From assembly GCF_006345805.1 (NCBI RefSeq), contig NC_042999.1, positions 40,362,001-40,426,000 of the forward strand: 64,000 nucleotides of DNA, in the 5' to 3' direction. The notes beneath the pieces are model-generated. The model was not told the DNA's origin, made no database searches, and saw only the letters and a program-made list of their open reading frames with translations. The stretch comes from Octopus sinensis. Lineage: Eukaryota. This document shows, piece after piece, positions 38,786 through 51,885 of the stretch. The position numbers were made by a program, and so were the translations under genes. Each line of letters opens with the position of its first letter. The first letter of the stretch is position 1.

Positions 38786-39410
38786 TACGCACGCGCACAT
38801 CCGAAGCAAGCCCACACACACGAAGCGCGCTCACGCACACAACGCACAAGCAGTACAACGCAAGCCCAAGGGGCCGACCAAGCCCCCAGCGCGCGCCAAG
38901 GCGCGCGAGCGCAAAGGCCCTCGAACGCCCCGCTACGCGGGAACCGAGGATCCATCAGCCACAACCGGAAAGCAGAAAAGAGGGGGGGCTGCCTGGATGC
39001 AAAAAGGTGTATGTGTGTGTGCATTCAGTGTAAGGGTGTGCATGTGTGGGTATGTATGTATGTGCCTACATGTATGTGTGCATGTGTGTGTGTGTGAAGT
39101 ATGTACGTGCGGTGTGTGTGTGTGAGTGTGTGTGTATGTATGTGCGTATGTATGTGTGTGTATGTGTGTATGTATGTCTCTGTGTGTGCGTAAGTATGTA
39201 TGTGTGTGTGTATGTATGTATGTGTGTGTGTATGTGCATGTTGGTTTGTATGTTAGTGTGTGCATGTATGTCTATAAGTGTGTGTGATTAAATGTGTGAA
39301 TGTATGTACGTAGATGGGTCTACGTATGTGTGTGTGTGAACAGGCGTGTGGGAGGTAGGTGGGTGGGTGTGTGTGGGTGGTGTGTCCGGGAAAAAAAAAA
39401 AAAACGGATC

Positions 39411-41190
39411 TCAAGAGGAGGGGGCTGTGTTAAGTCCGTGTGGGGTGGTAGTTTGTAGGGTGAAGATGTAGCGTTGCTCCAAGTGGAGCCTGGAAAGTGG
39501 GCGACCATTGTGGGGGGCGAGACCAAACACTGAGATGTCACTAGGGAATGGCCGGCCGAGCGGAAGTGGCGTGCGACGGGAGAAAAAGAGTGTAGGCGAA
39601 CGTCCCTCAAGTGTTCAGTGAAACGGTCGGACAACCGGCGTCCCGTCTGTCCTACATACAGCATCCCGCATAGGTTGCATTTAATGCAGTAAATAAGGCC
39701 AGACGAGGTGCACGTAAAAGAGTGCCTAATGCGTACAGTATGCAGGTTGGAGCCGGTGACAGCGGTGGTGTTGGTGATGAAGGGGCAAGTGTTGCAGCGG
39801 GATCTAGAGCAAGGGAATGATCCGCGTGGGGCTGAGGGGGAAGGAGAGAGGGTGCTGTGGACCAGGAGGTCACGCAGATTGCGGGCTCGTTTGAAAGAGG
39901 ACAGGGGTGGGTTAGGGAAAATGGGGCGGGTGGTGGGATCAAGCTGGAGGCGACGGAAGGCACGTAGTATCTTGCGACGAAGGGGTAGGGTAGAGGGGTG
40001 GAAAAAGAGGGGGAAGGGGTGCGGTTGGGGGGTGGGCGGGGGGAAGGAGACAGGGCGGTAGTGCGGTCAATGCGACGGGCGCGGGTGAGGGCATCAGAGA
40101 GGAGTATGGGTGGGTAACCTCGGAGTCTGAACATGCGGGCCAGGTATTGAGATTGGGTCTCGAAATCCTGGTCGCGGCTGCACAAACGTCGGAGGCGGAG
40201 GAACTGGGAGTAGGGGATGGCTCGTTTGGTGTGGAAGGGGTGGGAGGAAGAGAAGTTGAGATAGAGGTGGGAATCCGTAGGTTTAAAGAAGGCGGTGGTG
40301 GTGAGAGAGTTGGAGGGGTGATCGATGCGGAGAGAGATGTCAAGGAAGTTGACAGAGGTGTTGGAGATGGTGGAGGTGAATTGAAGAGAGGGGTGAAAGT
40401 TGGAAAGGAAAGAGATGAATGGCAGAGAAGTTCACGGGAAAGGGAGGTGGCACCTACGCAGTCGTCGATATAGCGACCGTATAGTTCGGGGGTCGGCCCA
40501 GAGAACTGGGAGAACACTTGGGCCTCAATGTAACCAAGAAAGAGATTGGCGAAATTGGGGCCCATCCTAGTTCCCATCGCGACCCCGGACTCCTGTTGGT
40601 ACGTTTCCCCGGCGAACGTGAAGCAATTGAGGGTGAGGACGAGCTCAGCCAAACGGAGAAGGGTGGGGGTGCTGGGGGTGGGGTCGGGACGACGGTCGAG
40701 GAAGTGTTGGAGGGCTAGGAGACCGTCATTGTGGGGAATCACTGTGTACAGGGATTTTACATCTAAAGTGAAGAGGAGGTGTGAGGGGCTGGAAGGGAAG
40801 GAAAAGGAATTGAAGAGACGGAGGGCGTGGTTGGTGTCGTGTATGTGGGATGGGAGGGCTGCGACTAAGGGGGACAGGATGCGGTCGAGGTATAGGGAGA
40901 TGAGTTCAGTGGGGCAATTACAGGCAGAGACTATGGGACGGCCAGGATTAGAGGGTTTATGGATCTTGGGAAGGAAGTAGATGGTGGAGGTGCTGGGTGT
41001 GCGGACGATGAGGTTGGTGGCGGTGAGGGGGAGAGCGGAGGAGGAGATGAGGTCGTGGATGGTGGAGGACACACGCTGTTGGTAGGAGGAGGTGGGATCG
41101 GAGGGGAGGAGGCGATAGAAGAGGGGATTTTGAAGCTGGTTGAGCGCTTCCTCTCTGTATAGGTCCGCGCGCCACACTACCACTGCCCCG
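39411..41190 (-). pseudogene. Penelope-like RT plus GIY-YIG endonuclease ORF (about three frameshifts)
   Basis: YFLPKIHK, GRPIVS, LDVKSLYT, GVAMG, RYIDD; thumb KPTDSHLYL..SSHP..K.AIPYSQFLRLRR.CS; linker CSRSRCNTC; endonuclease LIYCIKCNLCGMLYVGQTGRRLSDRFTEH..PVARHF. Frameshifts near 40430, 40040 and 39540. Confidence 0.95.
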
Positions 41191-41234
41191 ATATATATAT
41201 ATATATACTTACATATACATACATACATACATAC

Positions 41235-41265
<31 letters not shown>

Positions 41266-41311
41266 CATACATACATACATACATACATACCTACACACGC
41301 ACACATATACA

Positions 41312-41505
41312 TTCGACATGATAGATCGCTAGCCACTAAACCTTTTCTATTTTCTCTCCCTGCTTATTTCTGTGTTCCTTTCTCTCGAAGAGCGTAGGCT
41401 CGAAACGTAAAAGACTTTCTCACTTCCCAAGAGTTAAACTAAAACATCTGTTTGTTGTTTACACACCAGTCTTCGTCTTTTGCTTTTTTTTTTGTAAATT
41501 CTCAA
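41312..41505 (+). mobile_element. P1 pLTR-like repeat, inverted and upstream of the Penelope ORF; degraded hammerhead at 41377-41414
   Basis: CCUUU-CUCUCGA-A-GAGC(GUAG)GCUC-GAAAC-GUA-AAAGA; G5 to C. Confidence 0.7.
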
Positions 41506-41514
41506 TACACATAC

Positions 41515-41575
<61 letters not shown>

Positions 41576-43861
41576 TATACTTAAATCGCTTTACATACTT
41601 AGTTCAAATACTACAGATATTGTTTTCATTCATTCTATCGATACAATTTTCGGTTACGTATTTTTGCAGCATTTCATCTATAATCTTACAATATTATGAA
41701 GATTGATTCTAATTCTGATCCCCACAACCTGTTTATATATACTTCCGGATTTATATTGTGTTATTTTCTCAATTTCTGCTGCATTAACGTATATTGATTA
41801 GACAACATAAGTCTCCCGAAGGATCTTTTACAATAACATCAGATCTCAATATCAAAAACAAAAATTCATGCCTGATTAAAATCGCATCTTATAATAATAC
41901 TTATTTTCCTTCAATAACTTTGTTAAGGATATATGCGGTGCTGGCTTTCTCATACCATTCTAAATGAGGGTAGTTTATCATGCAATTTCATTTCTACTGT
42001 ATCGAAACCAAGAGTAGTTATGAGTATTCAGCTAGGAGAGGATGAGGTAAGTTGACAACATTGGGAGATGTCTTTTATGCAACTAATCGCATGATCAAAG
42101 AGTTACAGTGCATTAGATACGTTCGACAAGAAGGAAAGCAAGTGTGTCTGAAGGAGTAGAGGAGAATATAAGTTATATTGAGTAGAGCTATGGCTAATAT
42201 TAAGATAAAGAAGTGCATGTTTGGCAATGCAGAAACTACGCATACACCGAAAGTTTCAAAGAGAATTTGGAGTAAAGAGTGAATCCTTGGAAGCAGAGAT
42301 ATACTGTAAGTAAGAGTTTATTGTCTGGTGGAGATATATGCTATCTGGTGATATCTGATGGAGATATATGATATATCACATCGCTGCATCGGTGAAATGC
42401 TTCCCCGTCATGCTTTGTATTTTGTCTCTTGTGTTGTTGTGGAGAAGCTAGACGGATTGAAGAGCCGAGACACAATGTATGACACGACATACTTAGACGA
42501 TATCTCCACGTTATTGCAGATATGGTGTTAACCGGGACAATATAGACAATACCGAATTATTAAAACCATGCAGCTGGTGAGATTTAATTGTACTAAAGAT
42601 TTCGACAGGGCTTGGAACTATAAGCCCGGTTTAAAATTTTTCAGATGTGGGTCGTACCAGTTGCTATCCAGCAGACTAGAAACAAATGATGTACTGTTAT
42701 AAGAAGGTTAACTCGTCTCACGCAGAAATTATCTGGATGAAAGCTGCTCTTGATTGCTGGAGCAGACTGGATCCGTTATTACGAAGGAGTGCTGAAATGT
42801 TCCTGGCTTTGGGTAAAAGAATATACAGGAGGAACAGTAAATTAAAATTTTATTCAAAATATTCTTCTCACAGTTTCACGCACTTATTGCAGCGGTCCTT
42901 CAGTTTTTCGAAGCCCTGTAAAAAAACTCGGTATATTAGGACTCCAAATAGGCTTTTCACAATACCCTTAAGTCCAGCAACTTTTCAGCACTCCGTATTT
43001 TTGCTGTATCGTCCCGCCTTGTTCGAGATTTTACCTGATTTATTTAAATACGTAAGTCAATATATATGTCCATATATAGAGACACAGATAGATAAATGAT
43101 AGATAGGTACAGATACATATAATATATTTATACATGTAAATATGCATATATGCATACATGTATGTATATATGTTATATACCATTTCATGCACATATATGT
43201 ATATGTGTGTATGCAAGTATGTATGTATGTATGAATGTATTAGTATAAAGTGACCTTTGCATCAGTAATTCACACAGTGACATATAAACAATGAAAATAC
43301 ATCAAGTAGTCACATTTCTTATCTCCGTGCCCTTTTGAGATTACATTTGATAATATTTTGGCACAGTCTAGTAAGAATTTGCCAAAGATTGTCTTTCGCT
43401 TGTAAGGATAGAGATAATTAATGATCTTGAAGTTAAGAAAGAATCACTGTGTACTGAACTTTGTCAAATATATGTGGTTATATATAGACACACACCACTT
43501 ATATCCGTATACAAATGAGTTTACACACACATACACAGAAACATGGACATATATGTATAGATAGGTAAATATATAAATACATACTCAGGTATGCACGTGT
43601 ATATATCTTGTACATGCATATTTAATGTGTTCGTGCGTGAATATATGTGTATGCGCATATGCGTGTTTGTGTATAAATGAACATTACTGCCTGTTTCGTT
43701 TCCGTTTATTTTCTGTGCTAAAGGAAATTCAAAATGAATTAGTTTTTAATGGAGTTGCATCTTGGTTGTATTTCGATATACAAGGAATCATTTCCTTCCA
43801 CTCATTCCTTGGAGATGTTTTGCATCTTTACGTAGAGCTCACAAGTATTCTTTATGCACTA

Positions 43862-44239
43862 CTAGCAGTATCGCCCGGTGTTGCTCGGGTTTGTTTCGAC
43901 CCTTTAGAATTGGAATTTTCGTAAGGTAAAACTTTTGCATTATGTAGCTTGTAAGTCTCTTTAAGGGAATATTTTTATGCTTGAAATACACAGAAAGATG
44001 GCGACACAGCAGTCAAAAAATCGTAAAAAATAAGGATTTTCGTAGAAAAAAAGCACCTGTTTGATGTAAATAGTTTTTGGTGTTAATATGGTCCGATTTT
44101 AATTTTTCCTTCTACAGAAGAAAGAGCAAGACTTCTTCCATCACACTTTCAATTTTGGTCAAATTGCGCCGCAGGGTCTATGAAGAGATAGTGTTAGTTG
44201 AAGGCTACCCAACCTGCCATACACATATATAGAGAGAGA
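43862..44239 (-). mobile_element. Non-autonomous Helitron (family H2)
   Basis: A|TCTCTCTC... start; end CCCG-AGCAACAC-CGGG-CGATACTG-CTAG|T; body homologous to 47119-47494. Confidence 0.85.
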
Positions 44240-44261
44240 TTTGCACACATTTGTTTTGCCA

Positions 44262-44480
44262 TTACTCTTTTACTTAGTTCAGTCATTTGACTGTGGTCAT
44301 GCTGGAGCACCGCCTTTTAATCGAGCAAATCGACCCCAGGACTTATTCTTTGTAAGCCTAGTACTTATTCTATTGGTCCCTTTTGCCGAACCACTAAGTT
44401 ACGGGGACGTAAACACACAAGCATCGGTTGTCAAGCGATGTTCAGGGGACAAACGCATATACACAAATATATATACACAG

Positions 44481-44539
<59 letters not shown>

Positions 44540-45020
44540 ATTATATATATATATGCCAAGAAAGTTAGGGGTTGTGGGTACAACCCACTAAGGGATAATA
44601 GTTGTTCAATATACTTTTGGTATAATACTCAATTATTAATATACAAGTGTTTTAATTGCAATGCAATTAACTTACTTATTGTATTAAATGGGTGAAAGTA
44701 AATAAATATTTTATCATTAAATTATATTGCAAATAAGAAAATGGAGAAGCACATTAGATGGTTCATCAACATTTGGACATTAAAATGTTGACTTATTTAT
44801 TTATCAAAACGTCAACCATAATAACATACATACATATAGTATATTGTTCTATATTTACGACGGGCTTCTTTCAATTTCCGTCTACCAAATCCACTCACAA
44901 GGCTTTGGTTGGCAGGAGGCTATAGTAGAAGAGACTTCCCAAGATGCCACGCAGTGGGAGGGAACCCGAAACCACGAGGTTCGTAAGCAAGCTACTTACC
45001 ACTCAACCACTCCTACGCCT
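44262..45020 (-). mobile_element. SINE family A interrupted by a ~290-bp insert (44550-44840)
   Basis: 3' half at 44262-44480 and head at 44855-45020 match family A; the insert lies in the internal microsatellite. Confidence 0.85.
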
Positions 45021-45683
45021 ACAGTTCTTTATTTATTCTTCTGTGACTAGAATGAAATATTTGTTTCACATTTTAACAGGAGGCCAGGGATTGCAGTGGG
45101 AGCTTATCAGTTGAGTACTTGACTGGTACTTTAATTTATCATCCCCGAAATGATGAAATGCTAAGTTGACTTCAGTTGGACTTCAGGTTAGAATGTATAA
45201 AGCCCACGTTCCTGCCAGTTGGCCGCTTTAGGCTGCGACGAAGTAACCACAGATTAACACTTTGTGCACATTTTTGATCAGACTATACTTAATACAGCTA
45301 TTTCTCTCCAGTTTAACCCTGATTTAGATAATAGTTATTGCGGCGTTCTAGCTGTGATATGTTCATATTTAGTTTGTAAAGTGTTTATCTGACAACACTT
45401 TACTAAAATTGATAATCGCTTTGTATATTCTCTTCAATGAAAATTTAGTCGCTTATTCTTATTTGTCAAACCAGAGTATAAAGGTTCTTTCATTTACTTC
45501 TGGTGCATCTTTTGTAATATCCTGAGCGTTTAAAATCATTTTCTATTGTATGGATTTCTTTAATTAATTCAATTTTCTCCTTTCTGATTCTTCGTATCTA
45601 TTATATAACGTATAGCACGACTTGATTCTTCCTCTCTTCACTTCTAACACGTATCATATATCAAATCTAAGTCATATATCACA

Positions 45684-46438
45684 GATCTTTTCCTTTTGAA
45701 CGGCAGTTTTCAACACAATTTCTAGTTAACTAAACACCTTTAAACTTCGTATACTGGTAGAATGTGTCAAAATAAAACATCTTTTTCTCTTGGCTTTCTT
45801 GAGAAAGTTGTAATTTGTAAGTTTAACGTAGTTAAATTTTTCGAATTTTAACCAATCCTATGGCCTCTATTGAGCTAAAATCATTTGCTGCGTATAAACA
45901 GACAACATCATGTTACTAACCCTAACCCTAAATTTTAACCTTTAGTTTTTTCATTGTTAAATTAATTTAAGGATAGCAATCAAGAAAAAAAAACCAAAGC
46001 AATGGAAAATAATTTTAATTTAACAATTAAGAAAAAATACGAAAGGCTAAAACGAAAGAAAAACTCAAAACAAAAACAAAACGAATAATTTTAGACACAC
46101 GCGTAACAATTAAATTGATTGAACAATCAAGAAAAAAAGCGAAAGGCTAAAATTTAGGGTTAGGGTTAGGGTGAGGGTTAGGGTTAGGGTTAGAGTTAGG
46201 GTTAGTGACAGGATACTGTCTGTTTTAGACGCAGCAAATGATTTTAGCTCAATAGAGGCCATAGGATTGGTTAAAATTCGAAAAATTGAACTACGTTAAA
46301 CTTACAAATTACAATTTTCTCAAGAAAGCCAAGAGAAAAAATGTTTTATTTTGACACATTCTACCAGTATACGAAGTTTAAAAGTGTTTAGTTAACTAGA
46401 AATTGTGTTGAAAACTGCCGTTCAAAAGGAAAAGATGC
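45684..46438. mobile_element. Foldback/Mutator-like non-autonomous DNA element with internal telomeric repeats
   Basis: ~250-bp near-perfect TIRs (G(C)ATCTTTTCCTTTTGAACGGCAG...); 9-bp direct repeat TATATCACA at 45675-45683 and 46439-46447. Confidence 0.85.
46154..46205 (+). repeat. Interstitial (TTAGGG)n, about 8 units
   Basis: TTAGGG units with TGAGGG and TTAGAG variants; mirrored by CTAACCCTAACCCTAA at ~45916-45931. Confidence 0.95.
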
Positions 46439-47118
46439 TATATCACATCTAGAATACCTAGAGATAAGGTTTTTCAAACGGTGGACCACCACCGGCAGTC
46501 TCAACAGAAGAAGGTCCGCAATATTAAGACCTATTTTTATGAATACCCAATAACGTTTACATCACTGCCAAAAATTACTGTTACTTTGGTTGTGTATATG
46601 TTGTGTGGACGCCTCCAGCCGATGAAGTAGGCTAGCCAATGCATAGATATAGAGGGAGAAGTCTAGATGTCAAGGTAGACTAGTCAGAGTAGCTGTGAGA
46701 GTGGGGGAGCAGAGTTGAGTAGAAGGCATCCGAATGTGCGATATAACAGTGGCGACGAAGATTTCGCAGCTCACACAGCTCCTGTGTAGTATAGCGATAT
46801 AACAGTATATTGACATCATCTCTGTTATTTTAATTTCAATTAATAGGATTTTCACATCTGTTATGAAATAGATTGCAAGTCTTTGAGGAATGAGTTTCAA
46901 TAACACAACATAAAATACAATATAAAACAAGTTATGAAATACAAAGAATATCAAAACTGTACGAAAATGTTATTAGCCACTCAAGAAATATAAAATAAAA
47001 AAATTAAATATTTTCTATTCTTAATTAGAAATATAGTTTAGAAAGACTTTTATTAGAAACTGAAAAGAATTGAAAGCAGGAGAAAGGTCATTAAGTTGTG
47101 GTTGGATTATATCAAAAA

Positions 47119-47494
47119 CTAGTAGTATCGCCCGTGTTGCCCGGGTTTGTTTCGACCCTTTAGAATTGGAATTTTTGAAAAGTAAAAATTTTGCATTACG
47201 TAACTTGTTATTCTCTTTAAGCGAACATTTTTCTGCTTGAAATACACGGACAAATGGCGATACAGCAGTCAAAAAATCGCAAAAAGTAGGGATTTTTTCA
47301 TAGAAAAGAAGCACCTTTTTGATGTAAAGAATTTTTGGTGTTAACATGGTTGGATTTGAAGGAAGAGCAAGCCTTCTTCTATCATACTCTCAATTTTGGT
47401 CAAATTGCGCCACAGGATCTGGGAGGAGATAGTGTTAGTTGAAGGCTACCAAACCTGCCATACACAGACAACTTCAGCTTTATATAGAGAGAGA
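47119..47494 (-). mobile_element. Non-autonomous Helitron (family H2)
   Basis: A|TC start; CCCG/CGGG hairpin, then CTAG|T. Confidence 0.85.
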
Positions 47495-47708
47495 TTAGAA
47501 AGACTTAAACTAACCACATCCGGCCTAAATATTCTGCTACTTTTAGGATCAAACTGGTCAGATCCAACTTTTCACACCTGCCTTGCAATATCATTCTAAT
47601 AATAAACAAACACATCATCAAAATCTTGAAGCAACAAGACTTTTTAAAATACGATGTGAATAGATAAGCATTACAGTTAACAGCTTAATCTGAATACAAA
47701 AGGGTTAA

Positions 47709-48095
47709 TGGATGGAAGCACTCCGTCGGTTACGACGACGAGTGTTCCGGTTGATCCGATCAACGGAACAGCCTGCTCGTGAAATTAACGTGTAAGTGGC
47801 TGAGCACTCCACAGACACGTGTACCCTTTACGTAGTTCTCGGGGATATTCAGCGTGACACAGAGAGTGACAAGACCGGCCCCTTGAAATACAGGTACAAC
47901 AGAAACAGGAAGTAAGAGTGAGAGAAAGTTGTGGTGAAAGAGTACAGCAGGGATCACCACCACCCCCTGCCGGAGCCTTGTGGAGCTTTAGGTGTTTTCG
48001 CTCAATAAACACTCAAAACTCCCGGTCTGGGAATCGAAACCGCGATCCTATGACCGCGAGTCCGCTGCCCTAACCACTGGGCCATTGCGCCTCCA
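47709..48095 (-). mobile_element. SINE family C, variant 3, with a 25-bp TSD
   Basis: tRNA-like head GGAGGCGCAATGGCCCAGTGG...GGTTTCGATTCC; perfect direct repeat CTTAATCTGAATACAAAAGGGTTAA at 47684-47708 and 48096-48120. Confidence 0.92.
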
Positions 48096-49709
48096 CTTAA
48101 TCTGAATACAAAAGGGTTAAACACAGTGAATGAATAAAGTAATCACAAGAAAGACAGAAATGGAGATTCGCGGTATTCTATCTACCGAGGGAGGAGGATA
48201 TCGGATGGTACTATTCTTTAGTTTAGGTCTAATCGTTTCAACCAACTTGATGGACAATTAAATTTTCTTAAAAATAAAAAAATAAAAATATGGAAGCGGA
48301 TTAAACTTATTTTAAAGTAGTTCCTATCTGAACCCATGTTTCGGAAATTGGTGTTATAGAATTTATATTTTCCAGTATGTCACTGAAAAAGTGTGATAAA
48401 CGTGCCCAACATTAGCAGAGAAGAAGTGAACAAAAATCGATGTGTGGTTGTAGTCTTTCGTATGAACCTTCTAAATTATATATTTTAATCGTCACTAACT
48501 AAACTTCCATTAATATTCTATAATACGAACATTTGACTGCTTACCTATTTTTCAGACATGTTTATGTATTTTTTATTTCATCTACAGATTTAAACATTAG
48601 TAAATCCTTCAAATACCGCACTACAATGATTTCTTATACACAAATCAATTTTTATTTTGCTTTTATGTTTAACGCTATGCAGAGGAAACCTATTTGGAAG
48701 ATATAGTAAAGCATTATATTTTTCTTATTTTTCAACATCGAAAAATAAAAATAGTTGCTTATAATATCAGTATTATAATTTCTTTGAATTTATCCCAGAA
48801 AATATTAAACCAAGTTCATATATGTCTTCTCCCCTTTTATGTTATATGTCAATAACAGAATAAATAGCCTCTCGATTAGAATAGAGGATTATACATATCT
48901 AACAGAGGACTGTCCATTCTGATGAGATATTCATTATTGGATTGTGTTTACTGTCATGCACAAATATTTATTTAAATCATTATTGTCCGTGTCAGAAATA
49001 TACTTATAGACTTAGCACTCGTATCTGGCATATTACATAACAAATTGATAAAATCTCATTCTGACTTTCAAATGTAGTCGACAAATCCATTCGATATTAG
49101 ATTGGACAGTAGGAACCTCCTGCTGAGATGATGACTGATGCCATCTGTTCATCAAAAGTCTATATCATAGGTAGGCAGCCGCTAGCAATAGAGTGAATTA
49201 ATAATATTTCAGATGAATCATTGAAGTTAAGGGTCGAATAACAACTTAAAGCTAAGATACGAAATTAAGAAAAATGCACATAAACACCAGATGAGGGTGA
49301 CGTAAGTGTTTAGTAGTAAGCATTAGAGCAAAGCCAAAATGGAGACGAAGTGCTAAAAGTAAGAGAATTAAGAGTATGTTGGCTGTCACCGGAGATTGTG
49401 AATATTATGAAAGTTATTAACGTCATAATAAACAATTGATATATTAGCTATTGAAACCAGCACTTTAGAGGATAACCTTGAGTAAATGAAAATGCCAAAA
49501 TAAGGGATTTGAAAGAATGACTGCTTTATAATTCAATCACATGAGGATAGAATATAATGAAAATGATAGTGAATATGAGAACGAAAAATGGAAGTCGAAT
49601 AAATGTGGAGGAGTAAAATGACAGAGCGTGGGGAGGTGAGAATGGCAGATGTGTTGAAAGGATATCTATAAAGTGTAGGCTTTTGGAAAATTAGTTTCTA
49701 AAGAGAGAA

Positions 49710-49787
<78 letters not shown>

Positions 49788-51797
49788 AAGGACATGAAGG
49801 GAAAGGTATTTGAAAAATGAAAATAAATGAGAAGAAATAGAAAATGGAAATACATAGTTAATAATACAAATGCAGTTTATTTGTGCATTTGTTAGTAAAT
49901 CTGCAGGGAAGAGTTTGTACATACGATAGAGGAAAGGGAACGACTAAAGAGAGTGAGCGAAGTAGAAATGATTGAAATGAAGTAATAAAGTGTAAAGAAA
50001 AGAGGATTACACGCGCGTGGTAACATAAAACAATGAGATATAATCTGTGAAAAGAACGTTGGAGAGATGTTGCTTTAAATTTAGGAACTGAGTGATCTTT
50101 CAGAAAAACGGAGATGTGAATCTGTGAATTTATGAAATGAAAGGAAGAAGACAAAAATACGTCAAAGCGATATAATTTTCAAAAGCGTTTGCTTCAGAAG
50201 GGAGATATATTCAAGCCTTGAGCAACTAATGCCACTTTACATGATTTAAATAGACTCCATTATAGAACAATGAGTTGAGAAACAAAATAACGAGGTTACA
50301 GAGCAATACAGAAGCATTGAGATAGAGAGACGTATATAGAGTGGTAAAAGTTGAATAGAAAGATTGAAATGCAATGTATTATAGGGTTAATGAGATGGGA
50401 ATTAAAAAAAAGGAGAATTTGTCAGTGTATGGGGAAATAAAGTAAGAACAAGCGACAGGGAGAAATTAGATAAAAAAAGGAAAGAACGAAAGGAAAACAG
50501 TACGAGAGTGAATAGCATGGAAGGGTTAAGACATGAGCGATAGGTTTTATACGAAGAGAAAGAAATAAACAAATAAATATATAAAGTGAAAGTAAAATGG
50601 AGAGGATATATGACTAAAAGATTGACGAATGAGAAATGGGAGCAAACGAGAGGAAGCTATAGATGTAGATAAATGGAAGAAAGAGAAGGAAAGCAACATC
50701 TAGAAAGAGAATAAGAGTATATATGAGAGAAGTGCAGAAAATAGGAAGGAATAAAAATGAATGAAAAAGAGGAAGATTCGGATATAGATAAAAAGGAGGG
50801 GTTGCGGAGATGTAAGAAAAGTTGAATGATCGAATGATGTAGCAGTTGTTAATGACTTTACTGATAACTACTATTCAGGAAACCTAATATTATCGATCTT
50901 CACTCCACATTTGACCCTTTTCTCACAATTCATATATAACACATTTATCGTACTATAATACTTTTGCAAACGTAACTGACAGGATGACCTTCCTAATAAT
51001 AATAGATTGGCTTCTAGAGCTAAAGGATAACAGCGACAGAATCAGAAAGGCTTGCAGATATTTCAATCAGAATTGAATTTGCTGTTGATGTTCTTATCAT
51101 TGTTGTTGATGATGTTCCTGTTCATGATAGTAGTATTGTTGTTGCTATTGTGGCTTAGATGTTTCTTAGCCCCGTAGATTTAGTTGGAGATGACCTGAGT
51201 CAACTTGAAGTCAATCAAATGATTCTGGCTGTGATCTATAAATTCAACTCATCGGAATTGTTTATCTGTTTATATTTAGGAGAAGGATCTCTTATCACAA
51301 CCCTTCTCGTAGCCATTGTGGTATTAAGCAGCAGGTCAGGTGATGGTGGCGTTGATTAAAGCAACAAACTTGGCATGCGAACTGGTCATACCAGCCTGTT
51401 GCCAATTATTCATGTTGCTTGAACAACCCACATAAAATTATTAATGCAGAGTTCACTCTTTTAATTGAATGCTTTGTGTTTTATACACAATTCTTTATTA
51501 TCCACAGATATTCCATAGTTTTCAAAAGCTATAATTTTTCTTACTAGACATAAATATATTTGGCCTAGGACTGAGCATTCAAAACATTATAGAATCACGC
51601 AATACTTCTAAGCTGTTTCATGTATCTTATTTCTTACTTCACAATTACAATAGTAACGATAAACTCCTGAAATTTAATTTTAACTTATGAGCGTGTGTCT
51701 GTTTCTCACTTTGATGCAAGAAGGGACAAAACAACCATCAGGTGATCAAAATTAAAGTAAATACGTAAATACATTTGCGTGTGTGTGGTGTGTGTCT

Positions 51798-51832
<35 letters not shown>

Positions 51833-51885
51833 TCACACACGCAACACACACACGCATATATATATATGTGTGTGTGTGTGTGTGT

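Larger units (their letters stand above)
37121..41190 (-). mobile_element. Penelope-like retroelement (Neptune-like), 5'-truncated, with a long CA-rich 3' region ending in a hammerhead-bearing pLTR
   Basis: RT-EN coding region at 39411-41190, then ~2.2 kb of CA-rich sequence, then a terminal repeat sharing ggcgctcaggaa and a hammerhead with family P1. That all parts belong to one insertion is inference. Confidence 0.7.

Noticed and set aside
37165-39265. Long ORFs of 274-501 aa rich in His/Thr/Tyr or Val/Cys/Met
   Set aside because: Translations of degenerate (CA)/(GT) repeats, open in several frames on both strands; no domain.
42000-42840. Coding-like non-repetitive stretch (also 15690-16200)
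   Set aside because: Multiple stops in all frames tried and no assignable motif.
46154-46205. True telomere or chromosome fusion site
   Set aside because: Short, and embedded symmetrically inside a TSD-flanked inverted-repeat element.
49200-50830. 1.6-kb purine-rich tract, possibly a decayed LINE
   Set aside because: No diagnostic motif recovered by hand translation.
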